From an uncultured Chloroflexia bacterium (GTDB taxonomy: Bacteria > Chloroflexota > Limnocylindria > Limnocylindrales > CSP1-4), in the NCBI GenBank assembly GCA_963748625.1, contig CAVVJT010000005.1:71753-135752 (forward strand): a stretch of 64,000 bases of DNA. Reading direction: 5' to 3'. Within the stretch, counting starts at the first letter, position 1; each line of letters begins with the position of its first letter. The position numbers were made by a program, and so were the translations under genes. The notes beneath the pieces are model-generated. The model saw only the letters and a list, made by a program, of their open reading frames with translations, ran no database searches and was not told the origin of the DNA. Of the stretch, positions 9,981 through 20,778 are shown piece by piece.

Positions 9981-11104
9981 CGGGGGCCTCCTGACAGGGC
10001 GGGCACCGACACGGACTCGGCGGCTCGGCGCGCCGTGCGCCACGTTCGGAAGGCTGCGAAGCCCAGGACAGCGCCGGTGATCGGGACAGCGACGAGGATC
10101 AGGAGCTGCCCGTACGCGGCCGCCGCCGGCACGTCGGTGGAGACCAGGAGCAGGTAGCCGAGATATGCGCCGTAGAAGGCCAGCAGGAGCGCTCCCTCCC
10201 GCCGGTCCACCGTGAGCCCGGTGTAGATGATCGGCAGGCAGGCGACAGCCGCCGCGACCATGAGCGGCACGTCCACGAGGAGGAGCTGCGGCGACACCGG
10301 CACGGGCTCGGGCGACACGAGCGCGGTCACTCCCAGCACCATGAGCAGGTTGAACAGGCAGCTCCCGACCACGTTGCCAACGGCGAGGTCGCGGTGTCCG
10401 CGCAGACCCGCCACGATCGACGTGGTGATCTCCGGCAGCGATGTGCCGACCGCCACGATCGTGAGGCCGATGACGACCTCCGGGATGCCCAGGGCGGTGG
10501 CGATGGTGCTCGCGCCCTCGACGATCCAGTTGGCCCCGACGACCAGGCCCACCAGCCCCGCCCCGACGAAGGCGAGGTTCGCCACCATCGACCGCGGTGC
10601 CCGCTCGACGCGGGCCTCCGCCTCGACCTCCGCGTCGGGCGCCACCTGCTCCTCGTGCCGGGCGCCACGGACGAGGGCGACGGTATAGACCGTGATCGCC
10701 GCGACGAGCAGCAGGCCCTCGACCCGCCCGATGGTCCCGCCGAGCGCCATCAGCCAGAAGGCGCCCGAGGCCGCGATCATGATCGGCACCTCGCGCCGGA
10801 CGACACGCATGCCGGCGGTGATGGGCGTCACGAGTGCGGCCAGGCCCAGCACGAGCAGGACGTTGGCGATGTTGCTGCCCACAACGTTGCCCAGGGCGAT
10901 GTCCGGCTGCCCGTCGATGGCCGACGTGATCCCCACCGCGAGCTCGGGAGCGCTGGTGCCGAAGGCGACGACGGTGAGGCCGATCACCAGCGGGCTGATT
11001 CCGAGCACACCGGCGAGGTGGCTGGCGCCACGGACGAGGAACTCACCGCCGACGACGAGCGCGACGAAGCCGCCAGCGAGCAGGAGCAGCGTTGAAGGTT
11101 CCAT
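9977..11104 (-). CDS. Ca2+/Na+ antiporter (YrbG family)
   Basis: Two alpha-repeats GTSAPE/GTSLPE and GNVVGS. Confidence 0.92.
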   Translation of the reverse strand: MEPSTLLLLAGGFVALVVGGEFLVRGASHLAGVLGISPLVIGLTVVAFGTSAPELAVGITSAIDGQPDIALGNVVGSNIANVLLVLGLAALVTPITAGMRVVRREVPIMIAASGAFWLMALGGTIGRVEGLLLVAAITVYTVALVRGARHEEQVAPDAEVEAEARVERAPRSMVANLAFVGAGLVGLVVGANWIVEGASTIATALGIPEVVIGLTIVAVGTSLPEITTSIVAGLRGHRDLAVGNVVGSCLFNLLMVLGVTALVSPEPVPVSPQLLLVDVPLMVAAAVACLPIIYTGLTVDRREGALLLAFYGAYLGYLLLVSTDVPAAAAYGQLLILVAVPITGAVLGFAAFRTWRTARRAAESVSVPALSGGPR

Positions 11105-11262
11105 CAGGGGCCGATCGTAGCCCGGCCACGGGACGCCGGGAGCCGTGTCCGCGCCCGGACGGACCCTGGGTCGCGTCCGAGCGGGCCTTGGGTCGCGTCC
11201 GAGCGGGCTGACCGGGGGTTCTCGCCCGGCCCCGAGTCAGTAGGGCGGTTGCCGTGCTGGGA

Positions 11263-11292
11263 CCGTGCACGAAACCCGGGTTTCGTGCACGG
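11263..11292. repeat. Perfect 30-bp palindrome CCGTGCACGAAACCCGGGTTTCGTGCACGG
   Basis: Exact self-reverse-complement, between hoxH and the antiporter. Confidence 0.9.
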
Positions 11293-11459
11293 CGCGTGCG
11301 GGCAGATCCCGCCGGTGACTCGAAGCCGAGTCACGATGCGGGTGCGGTCCAGGGCACCGGCCGGCCGGGCGCGAGGGCCACCGAAGGCCCGCCGGCCCGG
11401 CCGGAATGGCAGGGTGCGATGCGCTGGTCGCACCCTGCCGGGTCCCCGATACCTGGGCG

Positions 11460-12917
11460 CTAGACGGTTCCGATCTCGTCGAGGAGCTCGCCGTCGGGCC
11501 CTTCGAGCTTGACAACCACCGCCGCCTGCCCCAGCACGTGCGTGGAGCAGGACAGGCACGGGTCGTAGGCGCGCACGATCGCCGACACGCGGTTGAGCAT
11601 GCCTTCCTGGAGCTTGCGTCCGTCGACGAACCGCTTCGCCACCTGCTCCACGCCCCGGCCCATGGCCAGGTTGTTGTGCCCGGTGGCGACGATGAGGTTG
11701 ACCCACGTGATCGCGCCGTTGTCGTCCACCTTGTAGTGATGGATCAGCGTGCCGCGCGGGGCCTCGATGACCCCCACGCCCTCGAGGTCGTTGACACCCG
11801 CGTGGGCGCGCACCTTGGTGCTCAGGATCGCCGGATCATCGAGCAGCATCTGCATGCGCTCAAGGCAGTAGAGCGTCTCGATGAGACGCGCATAGTGGTA
11901 GTGGAAGCCGCTCTGGACGATGCGCCCGTACCGCTGGCGGAACTCCCCGAGCTCCACGTCGGCCAGGGGCGTGCCGCAGCGGTCGATCACGTTGAGCCGG
12001 GCGAGCGGACCCACACGGTAGATCCCCGTGTCGAACCCGGACGGCCGGTAGTACGGCGCCTTGAGGTACGAGTCGGGCAGGGTCGCCTCGGCGATGTGCT
12101 CGGCGTAGCGGGACGGGGGCACCTGGTCGGCGACCATCGTCCCGTCGGCAGCCACGAAGCGCAGGTTGCCGTCGTACAGGCGCAGCTCGCCCTCGGGGCC
12201 CACCAGGCCGCAGTACATGGTCGGGAAGTTGGAGAACGACTCGATCTCGGCCGGGAACGAGTCCACCGTGGCCTTCCACATCCCGAGCGTCCGCTTGACG
12301 ATGTCCAGCGCGCCTGGCAGCTCGGCCAGGATCTTGTCGCGCGAGGCCGGGTCCAGGGGCTGGTTGACGCCTCCCGGCACCGTCCACGACGGGTGGACCC
12401 GCTCGCGGGCGAGCCGTTCGATGGTCTGCTGGCCGAACTTGCGCAGGGCGATGCCGTCGCGCAGGGCGTCGGGATGCTCCTCGAGGAGCCCCGCGACGTT
12501 GCGCTTGGCCGGGTCATAGTCCATGCCCAGCAGCAGGTCCGGCGCGGACAGGTGGAAGAACGAGAGCGCGTGGCTCTGCACGAACTGCGCCATGTGGAGC
12601 AGCTCGCGCAGCTTCGACGCGGTGGCCGGGATGCGGACGGCCATGATCGCGTCGCACGCCTTGGACGATGCGAGCAGGTGGCTGACCGGGCAGATGCCGC
12701 AGATCCGCGATGTGATCGAGGGCATCTCGTAGTACGGGCGACCCTCGCAGAACTTCTCGAACCCGCGGACCTGTGTCACGTGGAACTGCGTGCCCGACAC
12801 GTCGCCCGCCTCGTCGAGGCGGATCTTGATGGTCGCGTGCCCCTCGATCCGGGACACGTGGTGGATGGTGAGGTCGCGGGGGCCGGCGGCCGGCCCGGAC
12901 TTGGTCTTGGTCGTCAT
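11460..12917 (-). CDS. hoxH: Group 3d NiFe hydrogenase large subunit
   Basis: [31 protein letters not shown] plus C-terminal extension. Confidence 0.95.
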   Translation of the reverse strand: MTTKTKSGPAAGPRDLTIHHVSRIEGHATIKIRLDEAGDVSGTQFHVTQVRGFEKFCEGRPYYEMPSITSRICGICPVSHLLASSKACDAIMAVRIPATASKLRELLHMAQFVQSHALSFFHLSAPDLLLGMDYDPAKRNVAGLLEEHPDALRDGIALRKFGQQTIERLARERVHPSWTVPGGVNQPLDPASRDKILAELPGALDIVKRTLGMWKATVDSFPAEIESFSNFPTMYCGLVGPEGELRLYDGNLRFVAADGTMVADQVPPSRYAEHIAEATLPDSYLKAPYYRPSGFDTGIYRVGPLARLNVIDRCGTPLADVELGEFRQRYGRIVQSGFHYHYARLIETLYCLERMQMLLDDPAILSTKVRAHAGVNDLEGVGVIEAPRGTLIHHYKVDDNGAITWVNLIVATGHNNLAMGRGVEQVAKRFVDGRKLQEGMLNRVSAIVRAYDPCLSCSTHVLGQAAVVVKLEGPDGELLDEIGTV

Positions 12918-12924
12918 CGTGGGC

Positions 12925-13455
12925 CTACCCGAACCGGAGCTTGGAGCCGAGGTCCGGCTGGCGCCCCTCGAGGAGCTCCGAGAGGACCATGAGGATCGCG
13001 TTGGGCTTGGGCGGACAACCCGGGACGTGGACGTCCACGACCACCTGCTGGTGCAGCGGCTCCGCCTGGCGCAGGAGCGGCGGGACCCCGTCGACGGGCA
13101 CCCCGTCCGACTCGGTGGCACCCTCGATGTAGATGCGCTCGAGGAGGCGCTTGACCGGGATGCCGTTGCGCATCGAGGGCACATTGCCGGTCACCGCGCA
13201 GTCGCCCAGCGCCACCACCACCCGGCTGCGGGCGCGGATCGTCTGGATGAGCTTGAGATCGTCCTGGCTGGAGACGGCGCCCTCCACGACGGCGACATCC
13301 ACGTCCTCCGGCCACTCCTGGGCGTCCACGAGCGGCCCGAACACGATGTCGGCCTTCTTGAGCACCGCCACGATCCCCTCGTCGAGGTCGAGCAGGGACA
13401 TGTGGCAGCCGGAGCAACCGTCCAGCCAGCAGGTCCCGATCCTGAGCTTGTCCAT
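12925..13455 (-). CDS. hoxY: Hydrogenase small subunit
   Basis: WLDGCSGCHMS, GDCAVTGNV, PGCPP. Confidence 0.95.
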   Translation of the reverse strand: MDKLRIGTCWLDGCSGCHMSLLDLDEGIVAVLKKADIVFGPLVDAQEWPEDVDVAVVEGAVSSQDDLKLIQTIRARSRVVVALGDCAVTGNVPSMRNGIPVKRLLERIYIEGATESDGVPVDGVPPLLRQAEPLHQQVVVDVHVPGCPPKPNAILMVLSELLEGRQPDLGSKLRFG

Positions 13456-14162
13456 CACGCGCCCTCGCGCATCGAGGTCAGGCGGCTGACCACCGTCCGC
13501 TGCTTCGTCATCTCCTCGACGGCGAAGCCTTTCTCGGCCATGGCGCCGGTGGGGCACGCCTGGACGCACTTCCCGCACGAGGTGCAGGTCGTCGCCTCGC
13601 CCCACGGCCGGCGCAGCTCGGACACCAGGTGCGAGGTGACGCCGCGGCCCGCGATGTCCCAGACATGGGCGCCCTCGATCTCGGCGCAGGTGCGCACGCA
13701 GCGCGAGCACAGCACGCAGCGGTTGTGGTCGAGCACGTACCGCGGGTGGGTCGTGTCCACGGGCAGCCGCGGGTAGCTGTACGGGTAGCGGACGTGGGTC
13801 ACGCCGTGCTCCTGCGCCAGCGACTGCAGCTCGCAGTGGCCGGACGACACGCACACGGCGCACACGTGGTTGCGCTCGGCGAAGAGCAGCTCCAGGGCAA
13901 TCTTGCGGTAGCCCTCGATCTGCGCAGAGCTCGTGACCACGGCCTGGCCCTCGGACACCGGCGTCGTGCAGGCCGGCAGCAGGCGCGACACGCCCGACAC
14001 CTCCACCATGCACAGCCGGCACGCGCCCACCGTGGACAGGCCCTCCATGTAGCAGAGGGCCGGGATGTACTTGTTGTTTGCCCGCGCCACCTCGAGGATC
14101 GACTGGCCGGGATCGGCGGCCAGGACCTCGCCGTCGATGCGGACCTTCACCTTCTCGCTCAC
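13455..14162 (-). CDS. hoxU: Diaphorase Fe-S subunit
   Basis: GACRLC, HVCAVCVSSGHC, CVLCSRCVRTC, CTSCGKCVQACP. Confidence 0.93.
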   Translation of the reverse strand: MSEKVKVRIDGEVLAADPGQSILEVARANNKYIPALCYMEGLSTVGACRLCMVEVSGVSRLLPACTTPVSEGQAVVTSSAQIEGYRKIALELLFAERNHVCAVCVSSGHCELQSLAQEHGVTHVRYPYSYPRLPVDTTHPRYVLDHNRCVLCSRCVRTCAEIEGAHVWDIAGRGVTSHLVSELRRPWGEATTCTSCGKCVQACPTGAMAEKGFAVEEMTKQRTVVSRLTSMREGA

Positions 14163-14172
14163 GACATCACCC

Positions 14173-17100
14173 CTATCGCTCGAGGCTGCGGATGTCGCAG
14201 CGCAGGCAGCGGGTCGTCTCCTCGAGGGCCGCCACGGCCGTCAGGCCCAGCGACACCTCGGCTTCGGACTTGACGCGCTGCGCCGCCGGCAGCTCCAGGG
14301 GCACGTGGCGCCCGGACTCGCCCGGCGGATCGGGTGGCTCCATCACGTAGACGAACTCGGGAGTCAGGGCGCTGAAGCGCTTGGCGCCCATCAGCCGCTT
14401 GTCGATGTTGCGCGCAGCCTTCTTGCCATAGCCCATGGCGTTGGACACGTTCGACGCGCCGGTGATCAGGTCACCGCCCGCATAGAACCGCTCGCGGCTC
14501 GTCTCGAGCGAGAAGCGGTCCACCACGATCGTGCCGTTCTCGTTGAGCGTGAGGCCTGACGCGCGGCAGAAGTCAGGGTCCACGGTCTCGCCTACCGCGA
14601 GGATCACGGTGTCGCAGTTGAAGCGGACCACCTCGTCGGTGGAAATGGGGCGCCGACGTCCCGAGGTGTCGAACTCGCCGAGCTTGGTGCGAACCGCCTC
14701 GAGGGCGCGGACCTTGCCGTCCTTGTCGCCCACGATCCGGTGGGGCGCCGCGAGGTAGACGATCTTCGCTCCCTCGTGCTCGGCGGCCTGGATCTCCTCC
14801 GGGATGGCCGGCATGTCCTTGCGCTCGCGCCGGTACACCACGGTCACGTCCGCGCCCAAGCGCCGGGCGGTGCGGGCGGAATCGATGGCCGCGTTGCCGC
14901 CGCCGATCACCACCACGCTCTTGCCCACCGGCACCTCGTCGCTGCGGGATACGGCCTCGAGGAACGGCAGGGCGGGGATCACCCCGGTGAGCTCGGTGCC
15001 GGGCAGGTAGACCCACGCCTCCTTCCAGGTGCCGATCGCCATGAACACCGCGTCGTACTGGTGGGCGATGTCGTTGAGCGTGATGTCCTCGCCGACGTTG
15101 ACGTTGAACTGGAAGCGCACGCCCAGGCGTTCGATGAGCTCGATCTCGCGGTCGAGCGACTTCTTGGGCAGGCGGTACTCGGGCAGGGCGTAGCGCAGCA
15201 TGCCACCCGCCTGCGGCCGGGAGTCCATGACGGTCACGGTGTGACCGAACAGGGCGAGGTAGTAGGCGCAGGTGAGGCCCGTGGGCCCCGCCCCAACCAC
15301 CGCGACCTCGCGACCGGTCGGCTCGAGCCGGCGCTCCCGGAGCTTGGCCACCATCGTCTCGAAGCGATCGGTGAGCAGGACCTCGTCGGCGATCAGGCGA
15401 TGGACGTCGCGCATGTTCACCGGCTCGTCGATGCCGGCCCTCCGGCAGCGATCGTCGCAGGGGTGCTGGCAGACCCGGCCGGTGGAGGCCGGCAGCGGAT
15501 TGTCCAGGATCACCGAGAGGAACGCGTCCTCCAGCCTGCCCTCCTTGTACAGCTGCAGGAAGCGCGGGATGTTCATGTGCAGCGGGCAGGAGTTCTCGCA
15601 GGGCGAGAGCGCCAGCTCCTCGCACACGCCGGCGCGGCAGCGTTTGGCGACGATGTGGTCCTCGAACTCGTGGCGGAAGTGCCGCAGGGAGGTGAGGACC
15701 GGGTTGGGCGCGCTCTGGCCCAGGCCGCACAGCGAGGTGTCGCGGACCATGCGGCAGAGCTCATCGAGCGAGGCGAGGTCCGCGTGCGTGCCGGTGCCCT
15801 TGGTGAAGCGGGTGAGGATCCGCAGCGCCTTGTCCAGGCCCACCCGGCAGGGGACGCACTTGCCGCAGCTCTCGGAGTGGGTGAACTCGATGAAGTAGCG
15901 GGCGACGTCCACCATGCAGTTGTCGGTGTCCATGACCACCATGCCGCCCGAGCCCATGATCGAGCCGAGCTGCGCGAGGGTCTCGTAGTCCACCGGCGTG
16001 TCGAACATGTCGGACGGGATGCAGCCGCCCGACGGGCCGCCGGTCTGCACGGACTTGATGTCGTGCCCGGTCCCGGCGCCACCGCCCACGTCGTAGATGA
16101 ACGTGGAGAGCGGGGTGCCCAAGGGCATCTCGACGAGACCGGTGCTCTTCACCTTGCCGACGAGGCTGAACACCTTGGTGCCCGCGCTCTTCGGCGAGCC
16201 GGTCTCGGTGAACCAGGCCGGACCCTTGGAGACGATGGGCGCGATGTTGTACCAGGTCTCGACGTTGTTGATGTTGGTGGGCTTGCCGTAGAGGCCCTTC
16301 TGGGCCGGGAACGGCGGGCGGGTCCGGGGCTTGCCGGTCTGCCCCTCGAGCGACGCGATGAGGGCGGTCTCCTCGCCGCAGACGAAGGCACCGGCCCCCT
16401 CGACCAGCTGGATGTCGAACGTGAAGCCGCGGCCCAGGATGTTGTCGCCCAGCACGCCGTACGCGCGAGCCTGGCCGAGGGCGCGCTCGAGGCGCATGAC
16501 GGCCAGCGGGTACTCGGCGCGGACGTAGATGATGCCCTTCGTGGCGCCGGTGACGTAGGCCGCGATCAGCATGCCCTCGATGAGAGCGTGAGGGTCCGAT
16601 TCGATCTCGTTGCGGTTCATGTAGGCGCCCGGATCGCCCTCGTCCGCGTTGCAGATGAGGTACTTCTCGGGGCCCGGGGCCTTGGCCAGGAACTCCCACT
16701 TGTTGCCGGTCATGAAGCCGGCGCCGCCGCGGCCGCGGAGCTTGGCAGCCTTGATCTGCTCGATGACGGACGCCGGGTTCTGGTCGATCAGGACCTTGTA
16801 CAGGGCCTGGTATCCGCCGACGGCGACGTACTCCTCGATGTCGTCGGGGTTGATGAGGCCGCAGTTGCGCAGGACGATCTTGACCTGGGGGTGGAAGAAG
16901 GGGACGTCGTGCCAGTCCGGCACGTCGGGCAGGCCGAGGCCGTACTTGATGTGCCCCGTGAGGTGGTCCCACTCCTCGATCTTGCACAGGATCGTCTCGG
17001 CCGGGGGGAGAGCGCCATCGTCGACGGCCTCGAGGATCGCTTCCACGTGGTTCGGCCGGACCTGGCGCAGCATCAGCAGCGGCCGGCCCGGGATCCATAC

Positions 17101-17328
17101 GTTCACCAGGGGCTCCTCGGCACAGAAGCCGAAACAGCCGACCGGCGCGAGCTCGATGTCGAGGCCGCCCGCCTCGATCTCGGACGCGAACGCGTGGTAG
17201 ACGGACTCCGCACCGTTGCCGGAGCCGCACGTGCCCATGCCAACCGCGATCCGCGGCCGTGACGGCAGGAGCTTGGCGAGCCCCGCCTCACGCACGCTGG
17301 CGAAGGCGGCGATGTCGGTGATCCTCAT
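14173..17328 (-). CDS. hoxF: HoxF/NuoF-like subunit fused to GltD/NfnB-like FAD-NAD(P) module (1051 aa)
   Basis: LRGRGGAGF, NADEGDPG, FVCGEET, ESCGKCVPC; then CENSCP, GRVCQHPC, GAGPTG, GGGNAAID, YRR, RCLRCD. Confidence 0.9.
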   Translation of the reverse strand: MRITDIAAFASVREAGLAKLLPSRPRIAVGMGTCGSGNGAESVYHAFASEIEAGGLDIELAPVGCFGFCAEEPLVNVWIPGRPLLMLRQVRPNHVEAILEAVDDGALPPAETILCKIEEWDHLTGHIKYGLGLPDVPDWHDVPFFHPQVKIVLRNCGLINPDDIEEYVAVGGYQALYKVLIDQNPASVIEQIKAAKLRGRGGAGFMTGNKWEFLAKAPGPEKYLICNADEGDPGAYMNRNEIESDPHALIEGMLIAAYVTGATKGIIYVRAEYPLAVMRLERALGQARAYGVLGDNILGRGFTFDIQLVEGAGAFVCGEETALIASLEGQTGKPRTRPPFPAQKGLYGKPTNINNVETWYNIAPIVSKGPAWFTETGSPKSAGTKVFSLVGKVKSTGLVEMPLGTPLSTFIYDVGGGAGTGHDIKSVQTGGPSGGCIPSDMFDTPVDYETLAQLGSIMGSGGMVVMDTDNCMVDVARYFIEFTHSESCGKCVPCRVGLDKALRILTRFTKGTGTHADLASLDELCRMVRDTSLCGLGQSAPNPVLTSLRHFRHEFEDHIVAKRCRAGVCEELALSPCENSCPLHMNIPRFLQLYKEGRLEDAFLSVILDNPLPASTGRVCQHPCDDRCRRAGIDEPVNMRDVHRLIADEVLLTDRFETMVAKLRERRLEPTGREVAVVGAGPTGLTCAYYLALFGHTVTVMDSRPQAGGMLRYALPEYRLPKKSLDREIELIERLGVRFQFNVNVGEDITLNDIAHQYDAVFMAIGTWKEAWVYLPGTELTGVIPALPFLEAVSRSDEVPVGKSVVVIGGGNAAIDSARTARRLGADVTVVYRRERKDMPAIPEEIQAAEHEGAKIVYLAAPHRIVGDKDGKVRALEAVRTKLGEFDTSGRRRPISTDEVVRFNCDTVILAVGETVDPDFCRASGLTLNENGTIVVDRFSLETSRERFYAGGDLITGASNVSNAMGYGKKAARNIDKRLMGAKRFSALTPEFVYVMEPPDPPGESGRHVPLELPAAQRVKSEAEVSLGLTAVAALEETTRCLRCDIRSLER

Positions 17329-17855
17329 CGTGCGCCGTCCTTGCGGACCTGCTCGATCTCTCGGATGAGAGCCTGCTCCCTGACGTGGCCCCGGATCGCG
17401 TGATCCACCTCCACGACGGGTGCGAGCGCGCACTGGCCGAAGCAGGCGACGGTGCGGACGGTGAACTTGCGGTCCGGCGTGGTCAGGGTGAGCTTGTCGG
17501 CCGCATGCGCCTCGCCCAGGCCAAGCTGGAGCTTGACCCGCTCGAGCAGCATCCGGGAGCCCCGGGTGTGGCACGCCGTGCCGCGGCAGATCGCCACGGT
17601 GTGCGTGCCCTGGGGTTCGAGGTTGAACAAGGCGAAGAACGTGGCGACCGCGTAGACCTGCGCCTGCGGAATCCCGGTCCGGAGCGCCACGTACTCGAGT
17701 GTCTCCATGGGCAGGTACTTGTGCCGGTTCGCGTCCTGCAACTTCTCGAGGATGCCAAGCAGCGCCCCGGGCCGGCCGTCCTGCTCGCCGATGATCCGGT
17801 CGATCAGGTCCTGGTCCTCGACCCTCGGTAGCGCCGTGGCCAACGAGTTGGACAT
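17325..17855 (-). CDS. hoxE: NuoE/HoxE 2Fe-2S subunit
   Basis: ICRGTACH, VACFGQCALAP. Confidence 0.92.
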   Translation of the reverse strand: MSNSLATALPRVEDQDLIDRIIGEQDGRPGALLGILEKLQDANRHKYLPMETLEYVALRTGIPQAQVYAVATFFALFNLEPQGTHTVAICRGTACHTRGSRMLLERVKLQLGLGEAHAADKLTLTTPDRKFTVRTVACFGQCALAPVVEVDHAIRGHVREQALIREIEQVRKDGAR

Positions 17856-18086
17856 CGGGCCCTCCAAACACACAAGAAAGCCGTGCACCTGGGAGGACAG
17901 GACGGAGTCCGGCCAGGAGGACGCACGGCAACTGCGGCAAGCCTCCCGCAGCGGGACTAGAACGGTGAAGTGCCTCGGGACAGGGGGACGGCAGGGGCCG
18001 GTCCCAGTCCGACCATGCCGAGCGGCGGGCAGCGGGTGCCATGTGGATGGCGCGTCGCCGCGCCCGTCCCGCGCTCTCGGGGTCGC

Positions 18087-18441
18087 CTAGTGTCGCGTGC
18101 CGCCAATGGCTGGCGGATACCCCTTCGTGCCCGTGCCGCTGGTCGGAAGCGGCATCACCGGGCGTCGCCCACGACGGCTGCTGCCGTGCGCACCCGGCGC
18201 GCACACGGAGCGGTGACGTCGCGGGATGTGCGCCCCGTGCTCCGCCCGTGCGCTCCGCCAGGGTCCCGAGGGCACGACCTGCGCACCAGCCGCGCATCGA
18301 GCGCTGCCGCCGCACCGTGTGGCCGTCCGGCGCGCAGCCGGACGGAGACAGGACCCGGACGGAGACAGGACCCGGACGGCGCCAGGACCCGGAGCGGCGG
18401 TCCTACGCAAACCGCCAGCGACCAGCGAATCGGGACACTAG
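18087..18441 (+). mobile_element. MITE-like element, family A copy 1
   Basis: Ends CTAGTGTCGCG...CGGGACACTAG with imperfect ~33-bp TIRs; body nearly identical to 45004-45300. Confidence 0.7.
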
Positions 18442-19433
18442 TTGAGCAGCTTGGGCGAGGTGTCGAAGGCGACGTGCCCGCCGAACCGGCCGTGCAGGGC
18501 GTCGTCGAGGTGGTCGGCAAGGGCGCCCAGCTCCTGGCAGGCGAACGCGACATGGGCAGGCGTGAGGTCGATCGCCGGGATCTCGAGCACCACGAGGACT
18601 ACTGGGCCTGCAGTGAAGACGCGCCCGTAGCGCGTCCGGCCATTGATGTCGTCGATGGCGGCGAGGAGGTCTGGGGTCACCTTCACATCTTGGAGGACCG
18701 GCGAGAAGACGGAGATGGCCGGCGGCACCCCGTCGAGGATCCGCAGGTAGCAGATGGCACTGCCGGTGCGGATCGGGTAATCCCCGTCCTGGTCCGGGAC
18801 GACCCTGGACACGCCCAACCACGCCGCGAGGGCCTTCTCCACCCGCGTCCGCAGCCCGCGCGCCCGCTTGGGCTTGCGTCCCCGCTCCGGGGAGCGGCGC
18901 GGCTCGTCACGCCGGATGCCGAGCGATGGCAGGGCGGGCAGGGTGTCCGGGCCGGCGGGAAATGCTTCGTACGCGAACCGCAGGACCCCGGGGTCGCCGG
19001 CCCCGTAGACCTCCCGTAGCGTCTCCACCGCAAGCGCGGCGACCTCCCCCACGGGCGCGGGCGCCTCCCAGGTCCGGTGGGCGTTGCGCTGGGTGTCCTC
19101 GTCCGCGGGCTCCGTCCAGCCGAGGTTCCGGATGCGCTCGCGCTGGGCAACGGTCAGCGGCTGCGCGGGCGGCAGGTGACCACTCCCGACGGCCTCTGCC
19201 CGGAGGTCTTCCGCGCGACTGGCGAACTGCACGTAGTAGCCCGGGTCATCACCCTGCGCGGGCACCGACAGGACCAGGAATGTCTCGGGCGCCATCGCCG
19301 CGAGGGCCTTCGCCAGCCGCCGCTCGAAGGCCGCCCACGTCAGACGCCGTGTCCGGGGTGCCGCGGCCGACGCCGATGGCGATGCATCATTCCTGCGCCC
19401 GACTGGCATACGCTCCTCCGTGACGGCTCCCAC
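18438..19433 (-). CDS. TY-Chap/YbjN-like peptide-binding chaperone domain protein (two domains)
   Basis: YYVQFA..LRAEAV..LGWTEP..ETLREVYG and DQDGDYPIRTGSA patterns; start uncertain. Confidence 0.6.
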   Translation of the reverse strand: MGAVTEERMPVGRRNDASPSASAAAPRTRRLTWAAFERRLAKALAAMAPETFLVLSVPAQGDDPGYYVQFASRAEDLRAEAVGSGHLPPAQPLTVAQRERIRNLGWTEPADEDTQRNAHRTWEAPAPVGEVAALAVETLREVYGAGDPGVLRFAYEAFPAGPDTLPALPSLGIRRDEPRRSPERGRKPKRARGLRTRVEKALAAWLGVSRVVPDQDGDYPIRTGSAICYLRILDGVPPAISVFSPVLQDVKVTPDLLAAIDDINGRTRYGRVFTAGPVVLVVLEIPAIDLTPAHVAFACQELGALADHLDDALHGRFGGHVAFDTSPKLLN

Positions 19434-19543
19434 CCCTCAACACGCACAGCATGCACGCTGCCTGTGACACCTGTCTGTCGCGCCCGACGGGGGTTGGGCC
19501 CGGGTTCGACCTGTAGTGGCGGGTGGCGGGGCTGTGACGCCCC

Positions 19544-20771
19544 TCAGGCGATGCCGACCGCGGGAGCGGTGGCCGACGAGGGCCTGGGAACGAGGCGCAG
19601 CAGCACCAGCGCGAGGACGAGCAGCCCCAGCACGAGGCTCCATGCAGCGAGCACGCCGATGGTGGCCGCGGCCACGCCCAACACCAGCGGGGCGGCCAGG
19701 ATCGCGAAGCCCGAGGCGAGGTTCAGCCGGGCGCCGGCCGTGACCGGGGAGGCGGGCGCGTTCGCGAGGGCCACGCCAGCCGCGGTCGCCCAGACGCCGG
19801 CCAGCCCGAGGCCGCCGAGGAGAAGCCCGGCGCCCGCGATGGCCGCGGAGGTGCCGAGCCAGACGAGGAGGCCTCCTGCCAGTCCGGCCAGGACCATGAG
19901 GACCAGCAGGCGACGGGCGTCCATCCGGACCCCGCCGCGCAGGCCAAGGCCGATCCGCCCCATGACCTGGCCGAGGATGAACAGGGAGCCGAGGGCCGTG
20001 GCGTCGGTGAGGCTGAGGCCGGCCTGCTGCACCGATACCTGCGCGCCCCAGGTGACGAACGAGGCCTCGGCGCCGATGCACAGGGCGAGGAACGTCCAGG
20101 CCAGCCAGTAGGCGCGGCCGAGCGGCGTCTCGCGGCGGGGAGCTGGGCGGGGTGCGAGCACGGGTGCGGCCGGAGTGCCGGGGGCAGTCGGGCGTGCCGG
20201 GGGCAGCGGGGGCGACCGGCTCGCTGGTGCCGGAGGCGGCGGTCCGGCGGGCGGTCGGTGCGAGCAGCACGAGCGCCAGCGCGAGGGGCACCGGGGCCAG
20301 CATGCCCCAGTTCCAGCCGATGGAGCGTGCCGTCGCCGACAGGACGATCGGGCCGAGGACCCCGCCGATGACGGACGCGAGGGTCGCGCGGATGAGGAGC
20401 ACGCCGTTGCGGCGCCCGGCGAACTGGGTGACCGAGTGGGTGAGCGACCCGGCGCCGGCCACGCCGATCAGGAAGCCGCCCACGACCAGCGTGGGCAGCG
20501 ACGCACCGAAGGCGATCAGGACCGCCGTCGCGGCGAGGGTCAGGGCCCAGGCCCGTGCCGCGCCCCACGGGCCGAAGGCCCGGACGACGGGCGGCACGAC
20601 GACGGCGGACGCGAGCAGCCCCACCGCCATCATCGAGTTCGGCAGCGCGGACGCCCAGGTGGGGGCGCCCAGCTCGGCCTCGACGTAGGGCGTCAGGTAG
20701 CCGATCGAATAGAAGAGGAATCCCTGGCACACCATGAGCAGGTACGTGGTCCAGGTGTCACGGCGGGCCAT
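19544..20771 (-). CDS. MFS transporter; frameshift at about 20140
   Basis: Two 6-TM halves in ORFs 19437-20771 and 19544-20161. Confidence 0.8.
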
Positions 20772-20778
20772 CGGGCGC

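Noticed and set aside
17329-18315. N-terminal extensions of ORF-track calls (1380-aa HoxF, 1675-aa helicase, 677-aa 32292 ORF)
   Set aside because: They overlap real genes or repeats; RBS-supported internal starts exist
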